From a virus (Duplodnaviria > Caudoviricetes), in IMG/VR virus record IMGVR_UViG_3300020045_010314, positions 1 through 54,836 of that record: a DNA stretch of 54,836 bases; one strand, written 5' to 3'. The position numbers and the translations under genes are program-made. The notes beneath the pieces were generated by a model that made no database searches, had not been told where the DNA came from, and saw only the letters and a program-made list of their open reading frames with translations. Shown here one piece after another: positions 36,202 through 48,500 of this stretch; position 1 is the stretch's first letter; every line of letters begins with the position of its first letter.

Positions 36202-39200
36202 ATGAAAATACAAAATTTATTCAATGTTGGAATAATTGACAAAGATTCTCAAAATCGTTTTGTCGCTGAAGGAAAATTGATTGACGCGGAGAACTTTTTC
36301 GTGAACACGCTTGAGGGTTCGGGCGGAGGCGTTGGAAAAAATGCCTTGGGAAACGCCTTGAAACCTACCTTGTCCGTAATAGGAAATCATACTATTGGTC
36401 ACGGAGTAAACTCTAGCGCAAACAAGGTTTACAACTTTATCAAGGGGACGAATCACGACTATATTGTTGAGTACGATAGCGAAACGTTTGCGTGGGATAT
36501 TGTATTGCAGTCTACATCAAATTCGTTATCTCCATCAAATCCAAGATTAAATTTTATAGAAGGAGAACGAATTACAAATGTAGAAGTAATCGTTGGAAAT
36601 ACCGATGCTGATACGTTGTTGAAGTTTTCTGGGGATAGCAACCCTCCGAGGATTTTAAACATAGCGCGTTCTAAAACTTGGGGAATAGATGGATTTACCG
36701 CCGAGGAGATTATGCTTATTAAAGCACCTCCATTGTACCCACCGACGGTAGTTCAGATAAATACTACCGACGAAAAAGAAAACTTTATGAAGGATAAGTA
36801 CATTTCCTTCGCCACAAGATATAAATACAAAGACAATTACTATTCTGCTATTTCTTCTTGGCAGGAATATCCGTTTACACCGGGCCGCTTTGAATTGGAT
36901 ATGAGTTCCTGCGAAAATAAAGGAATGGTGAATACTTATAATGGATGTGACATTACTTTCAATACGGGATTGAGAGAGGTTATTGCTATTGATTTATTGT
37001 TTAAATATAGTAATTCATCCGTAGTTTATAAAGTAGACCAATTCGTAAAAACAGAGGAGTCATGGGGTGATAATATCACTATTCCGGCCCCAATACGATT
37101 TACAAATAACAAGGTATTTTCTATTTTGCCGGAAGACCAATATTTTAGATCATACGATAACGTTCCTGAAAGTGTTGTTGCTTCTACTATGGCAGGAAAC
37201 CGAGGAATGGAAGCTAATTACATAGAAGGAAAAGACTTGATTGATAAGAATGGAGCAAAAGTAGTTATGGATTATGTAGCGGGGTATTCTTCGATTTCTC
37301 CGGAGTCATTACCGTTGTCCGCTTCAAAACTACCTTCTACTTCCCTATTTGATGCTTCTTCTATTACTGATGGGAAAGTTCGATTGGATTTTACAGGAAA
37401 AAGTCTTAAAAAAGGCGGTGCAATTTCTGTTTTGTTCAATATAAAATCGATTGCTGTTACTCCTGCGCTTACTCCGACAAGGCCAATAGCTTTTTTTGAG
37501 AATACTTACATTACGGTATTAGACAAGGATTATGCTAATATTACGGCGGTAATCGCTGACGATTCTATCAATGGATTTAAGTCGGGAATTCAAGGTTATT
37601 TGAGTGACTTATTTAAGAATACATTTTTAGTTAGTCCAAGTAGTTCGCTAGGATTTCCTCCATCGTTATTTAATGGATTTACAGTTTCGACGGTTGGGGC
37701 TAATATCATAGATATTGTATTTCCATCGATGAAATATGAAATAGAAGTTTTACCTTCGGGGCCAAATACTTTCGTTACGGAATACTACCAAGATAGTATT
37801 ACCACTGCTTATGTGGAGTCTATTGCGAGTAAAAGAAGTATGAAAAGCTATCGTAGTTATGAGGTTGCGGTATTATATCGTGACGCTCAAGGGCGAAAAA
37901 CTACGGCGTTAACAAGCGAAAAAAATACTGTTTTCATTCCACTATCAAAATCTGCTTCAAAGAATATACTTACCGTAGATATGGCGACTACAAAGCCTCC
38001 TGTGTGGGCGACTACCTATAAATTTGCAGTAAAGGAAACAATCAAGACTTATGAGGAAATATATACTACTGACTTTTATGAAGATGGTTATTTTAGATGG
38101 ATTCGATTAGAAGGGACGAGTAAAAATAAGGTGCATGAAGGAGATACGTTATTAGTGAAATCTGATGTTTCAAGCATTTTATCAAAACCTGTTACAGTGA
38201 AAGTTTTGGAGATTAAAGTCCAAGATGCTGATTTTATTGCGGGAGCGCCTTCGGAAATTTCAGGTACTTATATGAAAATAAAACCTGTTGGATTTGATAT
38301 GACTTATGATCCAGATTCCTTCAAAGAATATTTGGGATACGCTTCGGCTTATAATGAATATCCTGAACTTACATTGACGATTCCAAACTCTACGTTAACG
38401 AGTAACATTACGCAGAATTCGGTACTTTCCATCTTGCTAAAATGTAATTATAGCAATGAGGATAAGTTCAATGAGTATTCAGTAGATGTTGTGGCGTCGA
38501 GCGACTACCCTAATTTTCAGACGTTCTATAATGCGCAAATTTCTTCATTGGTATTTCAAGGAGATAATACTTCCGTAGATTTTGGAGGTATTTTTAGCAA
38601 GTCATCTCCAGGAGTTGATAAATTATACATCAAAGGAACTAATAAAGGTAAAGTTGACGGTTTCTTTACCAAAAAAAGAGCATTTCTTGATGTAAAAGTC
38701 ACGTTGAGAACGACTGCCGGATTTATGATATTTGAAAATACAGGAGGTGAAGAAACTTCAAGTATTTACTATGAAACTCCAGATGTATTTGATGTTGTAT
38801 CAGGAGAACATATTTACAACGGAACAAATGTCATAGCAGGAGTTCATTCATTAGTAAAAACATTCAATTGCTTTACGCAAGGAAATGGTGCCGAAAGTTA
38901 CCAAATAAGAGATGCTTTCAACGAGAAGTACTTGGGAATAGACTTTTTAGCAACTGCGGTTAGCGCCGATGGGTACAAAAAAGTAAACCGTTATGCGGAT
39001 ATTACGTATTCAGGAGTTTACAATGCCAATACAAATGTAAACAAGCTGAACGAGTTTAACTTGTATTTAGCTAATTTTAAGGATGATATTGATAAGACAT
39101 ACGGGCCAATCGTAAAGATAAAAGGAACGGATTCTAATATTGAAGTTTATCAGGAAGATAAATGTAGTAAGGTTTATTACGGTAAGGATATTTTGTATAA

Positions 39201-40215
39201 CGCCGACGGAAGCTCAAATTTAACCAAAATAGAGGCTGTTTTAGGACAACAAGAAATGTACGGCGGGGAATATGGGATTTCGTATCATTCAGAAAGTTTT
39301 GATGAATATGCTTTTAATTCTTATTTGACGGATACGAAACGAGGAATTGTGTTGAAGAAATCCAACAACGGACTATTCGAGATTTCAAGTCAGGGAATGA
39401 ACGCATACTTTAAGAAATTGTTTCGTGATAATGTCATTAATCAAATCATAGGAGAATATGACCAATACCACGATGTTTTCGTATTGAACATAAAATACAA
39501 TAGTGGTTCTTATGTAACTTGGATTTACAGCGATAAAAATAATGGATGGTTGGGAAGATTACCTTTCAATCCAGAAGATATGTGTCGTATTAACGGAAAG
39601 TTTTTAGCATTTAAAAACGGTGAAATATACGAACATAACCAAACCATAGGAAGAAATACATTTTTTGGAGTTGAATACCCAAGCACGTTCACCATTAATT
39701 TCCCACAAGACCCAAGTTCAAGGAAGAACTACAAAACTATTGAAATAGAGGGAACCGACGCTTGGGATTTGACTCTAAATACAGATTATGATGCAGGATA
39801 TATAAACGCATTGGATTTTAATAAGGAAGAAGGCGTGTTCAAAGCGCACACAAGGCTTTCAAATGCGGTTATAGACACTTCACTTCTATCAGTTCAAGGA
39901 ATTGGAAATTGTACCGTAGCAGGGCTTGTTTTGAGTTTTAGCTTTCCGCTTAGTAGTGATATTTCCATCGGGGACGACGTGAGGAATTTGTCGAACCAAC
40001 TTGTAGGAACGATTTTAAACAAAACTCCCAACTCCTTAACGTTAAATGCCGTTGCGAATGTTGTAAGCGGCGATTACGTGATGTGCAGCAAACCGCAGAG
40101 TGCTAACGTGAATTCATTGCTTGGTTATCACTTGCAAGTTTCGGGAACACTTACTAAAAATACTAAAACTGAACTATTCGCCATTAATTCCGAAGTGGTA
40201 AAATCATTTAATTAA
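36202..40215 (+). CDS. Tail stabilization/nozzle protein (tubular B-like)
   Basis: 1337 aa beta-rich; YGGEYGISYHSESF, TDTKRGIVL, FNKEEGVF. Confidence 0.75.
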   Translation: MKIQNLFNVGIIDKDSQNRFVAEGKLIDAENFFVNTLEGSGGGVGKNALGNALKPTLSVIGNHTIGHGVNSSANKVYNFIKGTNHDYIVEYDSETFAWDIVLQSTSNSLSPSNPRLNFIEGERITNVEVIVGNTDADTLLKFSGDSNPPRILNIARSKTWGIDGFTAEEIMLIKAPPLYPPTVVQINTTDEKENFMKDKYISFATRYKYKDNYYSAISSWQEYPFTPGRFELDMSSCENKGMVNTYNGCDITFNTGLREVIAIDLLFKYSNSSVVYKVDQFVKTEESWGDNITIPAPIRFTNNKVFSILPEDQYFRSYDNVPESVVASTMAGNRGMEANYIEGKDLIDKNGAKVVMDYVAGYSSISPESLPLSASKLPSTSLFDASSITDGKVRLDFTGKSLKKGGAISVLFNIKSIAVTPALTPTRPIAFFENTYITVLDKDYANITAVIADDSINGFKSGIQGYLSDLFKNTFLVSPSSSLGFPPSLFNGFTVSTVGANIIDIVFPSMKYEIEVLPSGPNTFVTEYYQDSITTAYVESIASKRSMKSYRSYEVAVLYRDAQGRKTTALTSEKNTVFIPLSKSASKNILTVDMATTKPPVWATTYKFAVKETIKTYEEIYTTDFYEDGYFRWIRLEGTSKNKVHEGDTLLVKSDVSSILSKPVTVKVLEIKVQDADFIAGAPSEISGTYMKIKPVGFDMTYDPDSFKEYLGYASAYNEYPELTLTIPNSTLTSNITQNSVLSILLKCNYSNEDKFNEYSVDVVASSDYPNFQTFYNAQISSLVFQGDNTSVDFGGIFSKSSPGVDKLYIKGTNKGKVDGFFTKKRAFLDVKVTLRTTAGFMIFENTGGEETSSIYYETPDVFDVVSGEHIYNGTNVIAGVHSLVKTFNCFTQGNGAESYQIRDAFNEKYLGIDFLATAVSADGYKKVNRYADITYSGVYNANTNVNKLNEFNLYLANFKDDIDKTYGPIVKIKGTDSNIEVYQEDKCSKVYYGKDILYNADGSSNLTKIEAVLGQQEMYGGEYGISYHSESFDEYAFNSYLTDTKRGIVLKKSNNGLFEISSQGMNAYFKKLFRDNVINQIIGEYDQYHDVFVLNIKYNSGSYVTWIYSDKNNGWLGRLPFNPEDMCRINGKFLAFKNGEIYEHNQTIGRNTFFGVEYPSTFTINFPQDPSSRKNYKTIEIEGTDAWDLTLNTDYDAGYINALDFNKEEGVFKAHTRLSNAVIDTSLLSVQGIGNCTVAGLVLSFSFPLSSDISIGDDVRNLSNQLVGTILNKTPNSLTLNAVANVVSGDYVMCSKPQSANVNSLLGYHLQVSGTLTKNTKTELFAINSEVVKSFN

Positions 40216-40255
40216 ACGACAACAAACACTTGTAAGTGATTTATATTTATCTTTG
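40214..40255 (+). promoter_or_regulatory. Late promoter motif copy 7
   Basis: AAACGACAACAAACACTTG-N15-TATCTTTG. Confidence 0.85.
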
Positions 40256-40268
40256 TTAAAATTTACGA

Positions 40269-40724
40269 ATGGAATTGACCCCTGATAAAATAGCAAAACA
40301 AACCCTGACGCATCAAATTGATGAATTGGAATCGGTGATGGTGGATAATTTCCCAATAGTAGAATGTCCCGTTACTCATCATTTCACAGAAGGCTTGTAT
40401 GTAAGGGAAATATTTCTTCCTGCGGGAACATTGGTGACGTCAAAAATACACAAGACACAGCACCAATTTATCGTAATGAAAGGAAAGTGCATCGTTTGGA
40501 TAGATGGAATAGAGCAAATTATTGAAGCGCCCTACATTGGGGTAACGCAACCTAATACAAGACGTGTTGTTTATGTGATAGACGATAGCATTTGGGCCAC
40601 TACCCACGTAAACGAAAACAACGAAACCGTAGAGCAAATTGAGGATAGGATTATAGAGAAGCACGATAATCCGTGTTTGTCATTAGAAATGAAAAATAGA
40701 TTGATTAATCTTTTAAATAAATAA
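40269..40724 (+). CDS. Cupin-like protein preceding ejection proteins
   Basis: HHFTEGLYVREIFLPAG...KIHKTQH. Confidence 0.75.
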   Translation: MELTPDKIAKQTLTHQIDELESVMVDNFPIVECPVTHHFTEGLYVREIFLPAGTLVTSKIHKTQHQFIVMKGKCIVWIDGIEQIIEAPYIGVTQPNTRRVVYVIDDSIWATTHVNENNETVEQIEDRIIEKHDNPCLSLEMKNRLINLLNK

Positions 40725-40727
40725 GCA

Positions 40728-41261
40728 ATGGCGTGGATTTCAGTAGGAATCGGAGGAGCATCGGCAATAATGGGAGGAATACAATCATTAGGAGCTTCAA
40801 AACAGAAGAAAAAAATAGCGAAAGAAATTGCAAATCAAAAAGAAGCTCCATTGACAAATATCGCTGATGGACTGCAAGTTTCGACGCTTGGTTCTGATTT
40901 ACAGAAACAACAACAAGCGCAATTGGCAGCTACTCAAACAAGCACATTGGCCGACGCAGGTTCTCGTTCATTAATTGGTGGAATTGGACGTGTATCCGCG
41001 CAAAGTCAAGATGTTACTGCTAATATCGCTGCGGATTTAGATGCTCAACAAAAAAACATCGATATGATGAAAGCCCAAGATGAGGGAAGAATTCAGCAAA
41101 CTAAAGAGCAACGACAACAAGCGAAACTCGCTGCATTAAGTTCTCAATATAATGCTTCCGCCGATGCACAAGCACAAGGCATGGGAAATATTATGCAAGG
41201 TGTTGGAATGGCAGGTGGAGCATTGGCAGGTTCGGGGAAATTAGCTAAAAAAACCAAATAA
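40728..41261 (+). CDS. Internal virion/ejection protein (small)
   Basis: G/A-rich hydrophobic ends, Q-rich coil. Confidence 0.7.
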   Translation: MAWISVGIGGASAIMGGIQSLGASKQKKKIAKEIANQKEAPLTNIADGLQVSTLGSDLQKQQQAQLAATQTSTLADAGSRSLIGGIGRVSAQSQDVTANIAADLDAQQKNIDMMKAQDEGRIQQTKEQRQQAKLAALSSQYNASADAQAQGMGNIMQGVGMAGGALAGSGKLAKKTK

Positions 41262-41262
41262 A

Positions 41263-42558
41263 ATGGCAGGAATAATTGGCGGAGAGGCAGGATATGCAAG
41301 TGTAGGCCCTACAAGAAACTACATCGGAGAGGCAATGTCTAATGTTCAGGACAATATGTTTAGGCAAAATGCTCAACGTATTGCGGATGATAGAACTAAA
41401 ATCGAAGCGGAACGAACTGCAATAGAAGATAGACGTAGAGATTTTGAAGATGCTCAACAATTTGCTAAACAAAACCCTTTTATTGCTACAGGAACAGGGC
41501 TTGACGCTTCTAATAGGCAGTCTTACATGAACGCAAAAGGTATTGCCGCAGAAGCAAGAGCAAATTTCATGGCTACGGGCGATCAAAAATATAATGCTAT
41601 TTATGAAAACGCAATTGCAAGCGTAAATCATTTAAGCGAGATGCCAAATAAACTCAATACTTTGAAAGAAGATTGGGTAAAAAATGTAGCTGATTACAAT
41701 CCTCAAAGTTTACAGTTAAAAGCGGAATTAATCGATAAACTTGGAAACGGGGATATTGTTCAAACAAATGATGCAAATGGAAATCCAAGATATTCCATAT
41801 TTGACCGTGATGAAAATGGTGATTTAGCAAAAGTCTCTCATAAAGAAATATCAGGACAGCAACTTTTAGCCTTAATGACTCCTGTAAAAAGTTTTAATGT
41901 AACAGGGGAAAAAGGATTTGTTGACCAATTCCAAAAAAGTATTGGTAAGCAGGTTACTAAAAAAGAAGTTGTTGGAAATGTAGAAAAAGAAATAACCTAT
42001 ACTCCTGGTTCGGAAGAAGTAGCTAAAACCATGGCTCAAGCAGCAACTAAAAATAAAGGAGCCGTTTATTCGGCATTACAAGAATTAGGATTAGACCCTG
42101 AAAATGATTCTAATTATTCAGACCCGATAGTTTTGGGGAAAGTTTCTGATTTTTATGAAAACCTATTAAATAAAAATGCTCCTAAAGTAGAGTCTGAAAA
42201 ACCAAATTTAGAAGTAGCTAGATTTAATGCAGATGAAAAACAGAGAAAAATTAGTAACGCTAATGAAGCTACACGAATAAAAATAGCAAAAGAATCTGCC
42301 AAAAACGAAAAGAAACCAGTTAGACTAACTGTGAAAAATGGAATTTTTGGAGAAGAAACATCTGCTACTAGAAGTTTATCCGATGCGGAATATGAAGCGT
42401 ATTTAGAACAAAACAAAGCAAAAGTTCCTGAAACAACTCCTGACGTATGGAAAAACCCAATAACTGATGGGATAAAAAAAGCATTTAGCGGAAAGGATAA
42501 AACTACAAAAGCAAAAGAAACTCCAAAGGAAAGAGCGTTAAGATTGGCAAGAAAATAA
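41263..42558 (+). CDS. Internal virion/ejection protein
   Basis: 431 aa helical; position in module. Confidence 0.65.
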   Translation: MAGIIGGEAGYASVGPTRNYIGEAMSNVQDNMFRQNAQRIADDRTKIEAERTAIEDRRRDFEDAQQFAKQNPFIATGTGLDASNRQSYMNAKGIAAEARANFMATGDQKYNAIYENAIASVNHLSEMPNKLNTLKEDWVKNVADYNPQSLQLKAELIDKLGNGDIVQTNDANGNPRYSIFDRDENGDLAKVSHKEISGQQLLALMTPVKSFNVTGEKGFVDQFQKSIGKQVTKKEVVGNVEKEITYTPGSEEVAKTMAQAATKNKGAVYSALQELGLDPENDSNYSDPIVLGKVSDFYENLLNKNAPKVESEKPNLEVARFNADEKQRKISNANEATRIKIAKESAKNEKKPVRLTVKNGIFGEETSATRSLSDAEYEAYLEQNKAKVPETTPDVWKNPITDGIKKAFSGKDKTTKAKETPKERALRLARK

Positions 42559-42570
42559 AACTACAAAACT

Positions 42571-45500
42571 ATGTTACAACCTAAAAAGGATAATTTCAGA
42601 TTAAATCAAGCCGACCAAGCATCACTTGAAAAAGAAATGATTGCTTATGCCGAAGAAGGCGCTACTGATGCTGATTTAATTGAGTTTAAAAACACATACG
42701 TAGCCGAAAAAAAAAAAGGCACGGCGCAATCCACACCTATTTCAACTCCTCCAAAATCGGTTTCGGGAACTCCTACTGGTTCTTCGGGTGGAGTAAATCC
42801 GGCGTTTAAGAGTAGTATTCCCTCTCCTATTCCTGATTTTAACTCGATGGAATCGGTCAAAAAGCCTATTGAAAAATTAAAAAATCCTCCCGTAAAAGAA
42901 GATACTTCGTTCTTTGATTACCTGAAGGAAGGTTTAGATACAGGTATAGCAATCGCTTCTAAATCTATTTACGATACTCCTGCGCTTCTTTATGATAATG
43001 TTGCAGGGTTAATTACAAATCCTATATTCCGAGCAATGGGAGTTGATGAAGATAAATTAGCGTCTTCTAAAAAATTAGCCGATAATTTAGGTTTTAAAAA
43101 TATTCCTTCTGAAATTCTTAAAGAAAAAATAAAAGTTTCCAACGAGAAACTAAATGATTATGCTCTAAAAAACGGAGTAGACCCACTTACTGCCATAGAA
43201 AAAGGAGAATATAAAAATGCGGCTAAATTAGTCGCAGGAACTACTATGCAATCTTTACCATTAATGGTAGTAGCACTTCTTTCGGGGGGTTCAAAAGCTG
43301 CATTAACAGCGATTGGACTTTCTACTGCATCCACTAAAAATTCAGAGTTAGAAGAATCAAATCCTGAAATGGGATTAGGAACGCGAGTTGTTAATGCTAA
43401 TAACGCGGGAATTATTGAAGCAGTTACAGGTCATTTATTCACAGGTGGTTCGGGCGCTGTGATGAAAAAAATCATAGCTGATAAAGGAGTTGAGGCAGGT
43501 TCAAAAATCATTGGAAAATCATTTAGAACTACTATTGAAAAATCTATAGAAAAAAATCCACTTGTAGGAGCGTTTGGAGAAGTCATTGAGGAATCCGCCG
43601 TTGAGTTTGGAAACCAAGTAAACGACATATCATCAGGAATTCGAACTGAATTGGATTTTCGCGCTATTAAAAATGCGGGGTTATCTGCTACAGGAATGGG
43701 CGGATTACAAACATTGGGAGTTTACGGCGCTAAAGGTTACGTAAAAGCAAAAGAGTACGCCAAGCTAAAAAATATAAACAAACAAGTATTCAAGTTAAGA
43801 AGCGAAATCGACAATGGGAATTTATCTCCTGAAAACAAAGCTATTTTAAGTTTACGTGCCGATAGATTAGAAGCTGAAAACAAGAAATTGCTTGGCACAG
43901 AGATAGAAAAAGCTAAAGCACTACCTACGGAAGCTAAAACAGAACTTAATGCTTTAAACAACGAATTTGAGGACTTAAAAACAAAGTTTGACGACATTGA
44001 TGATGCTGATGATATTCCTGATAATTTAAAACCCGCTATAAAGGAGGAAATTAAATTGCAAGCGTCAAAAAACCAAAAGCGAAAAACTGAAATTTTAAGC
44101 CAAAACGACGGTATTGAAATAGACAATGACTTCTCTAAATTTGAGGGCGTAGAGCCTGATTTTAATTTAGAGAATGGGAAGATTTCGTCATTGCCATTAA
44201 AAGAACAAGACCGATTGAATAAACTTGCCGTGGAAAAAATAACCAACGGCGACAAAGCTATTGAGTACACAAAAGAGCAAGTTTCTGAAACCGCAAACGA
44301 AATCTACAAAAATGAGCAAACTCCCCCAACTCCCGAAGCCCAACCACAAGCCGAAGTACCACAACAAGCCGAAGCCGAGAAAGTAAGTACAGAACCTAAA
44401 AACGTTAATACAGAACCTACTTCTGTACTAAGCGAAAATAAAGAAGTATCTCCAGTAGAAGATGTAGTTGCTACGAGTGTTGAGAAGCGGAAATATAATT
44501 TCACAAAAACTCCTTCTTTGGAAAACGTACAGGCTATAGAGATTAAAGATGCGAATATTGATAACGAGCCTGAAATAACTGAAAAAATTATTAATAATCA
44601 GGAGCATTGGGATAAGGCATTAGTTGATGGAGTTAAAAATGAAGGGAACGGATGGTTCGAAGTGGGTAAAACTATTCAAGGAGAAAGTGTTTTACACGCA
44701 CCAAGCACTAATGAAACTGTAGTAATAAAAGATTCTCAAAACAAAGGCGGAAGGAATGGTGCTTATAAAAATAATTTCATAGAAAATAACCCAAGAAATG
44801 AAGCAGCACCGGAAACAAATCCTCCTACTAATGGAAACGTTCAACTTGGAGCTTCAAATGTGGGAGAAAGTGGAAATTACAAGCAAGAAAGTCCTGTTCA
44901 AGAAAGTGTATCAAAACCCGTTGACGGTGGAGAAGTTAAAGGAGATGCTTCGGTAGGGGAATTTTCGGAATTTGAAAAAGTAGTTAATGAAAGTAAAACT
45001 GCTGATGAAGCATTCTATAAAATTAAAAATATTCAGGGGGTTTCAAGCGAAACGTCAAAATCCTTCAGGGAAAAATACGACCCAAAATCAGAATTATCTA
45101 CTAAAGAAGCGTTTGGTAAATTTTACGATGAAGTAAAAGCAAAACCACAAGTCAATCCTAAAAAAGGAGAAAAACCATCTTTAAAAACAGATGCAGACGC
45201 TCCGATTATTGGGGTTGATGAAGTGGCTAAACAAGATACTCCTGTAGGTAAGAAAAAAAATCAGTTCAAAACACAAGAAGAATATTTAAAAGAAAATGTA
45301 CCAGAAGACGCTCCAGAAAGTAGTTCTTATTATAAAAGAGGTGGGTTTTTATCAGGAAAATATACTCCATCGAAATCAGATTTAGAAGAAGATTTTATAG
45401 AAAGCCATAAGTATTTTGTTGAAGAAGCTATGGATAAAGAAAATGCTATTTTTGACGGTAAAGATTTGTGGATTGCGGATAATCAAGAGGGTGTTTGGGA

Positions 45501-48500
45501 TAATCAAAGAACATCGGAGGTTAAAAACATAGAAAATCCACCAAAAGGAGATATTACATCTTTTTATGAATATTCTATAAAAAACGGAGATATTACAGCA
45601 AATGAAGTAGTTAAAATAATTGAAAGCGCAGGATTAACCGTTCCGAAATCTATCCGAAATCTATCCGAAACTCCAAATCCAAAACCCACAACCAAAGAAA
45701 GAATCGCCGAAAGAATAAAACTATCTGATGCTAAAGTAGATGACATTAAAGCCCACATAAAAGGCATTGATAATATCTTTGGAATCAAGATAAAAATCGA
45801 CGACGTTGAAGGACTGAACAAAAATGGAATTGACTTTGTGGAAGTGATTGCCAGTATCGCAAAACAAGCGATTGCCGCCGGAATACATATCGACGAAGCT
45901 ATCAATAAAACTATCGAACATTTCAAAGGAAAATATGATTTCGACGTAAATATCGACGAAATAAAGGAAAGGATTAACCCTAAGAAGGAAGCGGAGAAAG
46001 AAACTGCTTCCGATTCGGATATGGAGGATTTCAGGGATAGTTGGAATTTGGAACCAAGTTCAGATGAAATCAATCAATATGATAGTGGACGAACTATCAC
46101 AAGAGAACACGGTGAAACAAGAAATAATCAGGACTACGAAGTTCAAAAGGATTTTGCGAGAGTTCAAATTGGAATTAGAGCCATAGAACACGCGAAAAGA
46201 TTATTTGGAGCAGAATATGTAGAAAAAACATTATCATTCATAGAAAAAGCTAATTTAAGCCCTGAAAAGAAAGCGGTGGCTTATGTGTTGCTTGAAAACG
46301 AAATGGACGCAAGAGCAAAAGAATTTCCTAATAATGTAGGAGTTCAGAAATTGCAAGATTTAGTTCGTGCCAAATCCCAAGAGTTTTTAGCCAATAGTGC
46401 AAGAGCTATGGGAGCAGGTCGTTTTAGAATTGAAAGATTTAGAGAATTAGCTAAAAATGGTTTTTCGGAAGACGAATTTACTAATGCAATACTTACTACT
46501 AAGCAAAAAAACGACAAAGGTAAAATTCAAAAACTAATACAAGTTAGTCCCGACGACATAAATAATGAATCTGAAAATCAGGAAAGTGATGATGAGTCTA
46601 TTAGTCAAAATAACGAAGCTGTTTACACTCAAGAAGATTTTGACAGAGAGTTACAAAAAGCTAAAGACGAACTTGGCAACGATTATAACATAAGTGTATT
46701 TGAAAATCTAAAACGTCAAGCTAAAAAAGATAAATTATCTGATAAAAAAGATGATTTAAAAGCGGCTAAAGCAAAGGTTTTAGAAGATATTAGAAAAGTA
46801 GTCCGAGAATCAATGGGGCAAATGTCCGTAAATCCTCTTGCGAAACCTCTTGAGTTTGCCGCGCTTGTTACTAAATTAGCCAAACTACATATTCAAGACG
46901 GTGCTTTGTCATTGGAGGAAGTTGCTAATAATATATACAATGATTTAAAGGATATGTCGAAAGACATTTCTAAAGAATCTATTTTTAATATTTTAAAATC
47001 AAAACCAAAAAGAGTAATGTCGGAAGCGACAAAACGTAAAATATACATTAACCTTTTAAATAAAAACATCGCATCGTTAGACGCTCAAATTGAGGCTAAA
47101 AAGAGAGATGTAATAACTAGAGTAGACAAATACAAAAACGATGCTGAAATCAAAGATTTACGCGATAAACGATCTGAAAAAAGAGAAGAATTAGCGAAAG
47201 TTGACCCAAGTTATGCGGAGTCAAGAAAACTTGCCACAGATTTGAAATTAGCACAAAAATCTTTGGACGAACATCAAAGACGTATTGACGAAAATGATTT
47301 GTCTCCAAAAGAAAAAGAACCTAAAGTCGTTGCTGAAAAACTTAAAAAACTAAGAGAAAGAAGAGATGCTAAAAGAAAAGAATTTTTGGCTAAAAAGAAA
47401 AAATACGATGATTCTTTAAAACCTGTCATTGTTCCTCCGACTAAAGAAGAATTAGCGGATAAAAAGCATTTATCCGATGTAAACAATAAAATTAATTCCT
47501 TAACTAAAAGAATTGATGACTTAAAGGCAAACAAACCTAAAACAAACGACGGGAAAAGTACAGTTTGGAGTGCTGATATTTCTAAATTAGAAAATGAATT
47601 AAAAGATTTAAGAGAGTCAAAAAAAGCGGCAAGCCAAAAAATAACTGAAAAAGAGCCTTTAAGTGAGGAAGATGCTACTCGTCAAAGAATAGATAAAAAA
47701 ATTGCGCAAAGAGAAAAAGTGCTTAAAGATTTAATTGACGGCAAGAAAAAAGACGTAACAGGTAAAAATTCTGATTGGTCAGCAGAAATATCAAAAGTTA
47801 ATTCTGAAATAGAAAGATTAATGTCGTTTAAAAAACAATCTAATAAGAGATTGGTAACAATTAAGAACATAGTAAAACAATCCTTAATAGACGCTGGGTT
47901 TTCAAGAGAAATTACAGTAACTACTAAAAATGGAAAAGAAAAACGCACAATATTAGACTGGAAAAAACTTGCAGGAGAAGCAGGAATAATAGACAACATC
48001 CGTAAAAACGTGGAGGAGTCTCTTAAAGGAAGTAAATATTCCAAAGCCGAAATAGAGGATATGAAAGAGGCTCTTGAAGATGAATATGTACGATTATCCG
48101 AAGATGTTATTGAAAAAGGATTGAATGAACTTCAAAATAGAAATGCAGAAAGAAAACCTGTAAATACCAAATCGGCGGCCAAGAAACTTGCTGAACTTTA
48201 CAACTATGGATTATTCGAAAAGAACAAAGATAGTTACGAAAAAATCATTAATAGTGTTTTAGGATTTAACGGATTAGACCAAATGGCATTCGATGAAATG
48301 AAAGAGATAGCTAGAGGTTATGCTGTTTTGATGGATTCAGGACTTTCGGACACTGAAATCAAAAGTGCCGTAAACTCTTTAAGCAGAAGACAATCTCGAT
48401 TAGTGGCCACGCTTGCTTTTTCTCAAGCAGATTGGAAATTTAAACTTGCCGTTGCATTAAGCGAAATTACAAATTTATCCACTCGTTTTAAATTGGTTAA

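Noticed and set aside
12714-40233. 20-bp repeats as a CRISPR array or mobile repeat
   Set aside because: Copies are kilobases apart, intergenic and tied to -7 boxes; no spacers or cas genes
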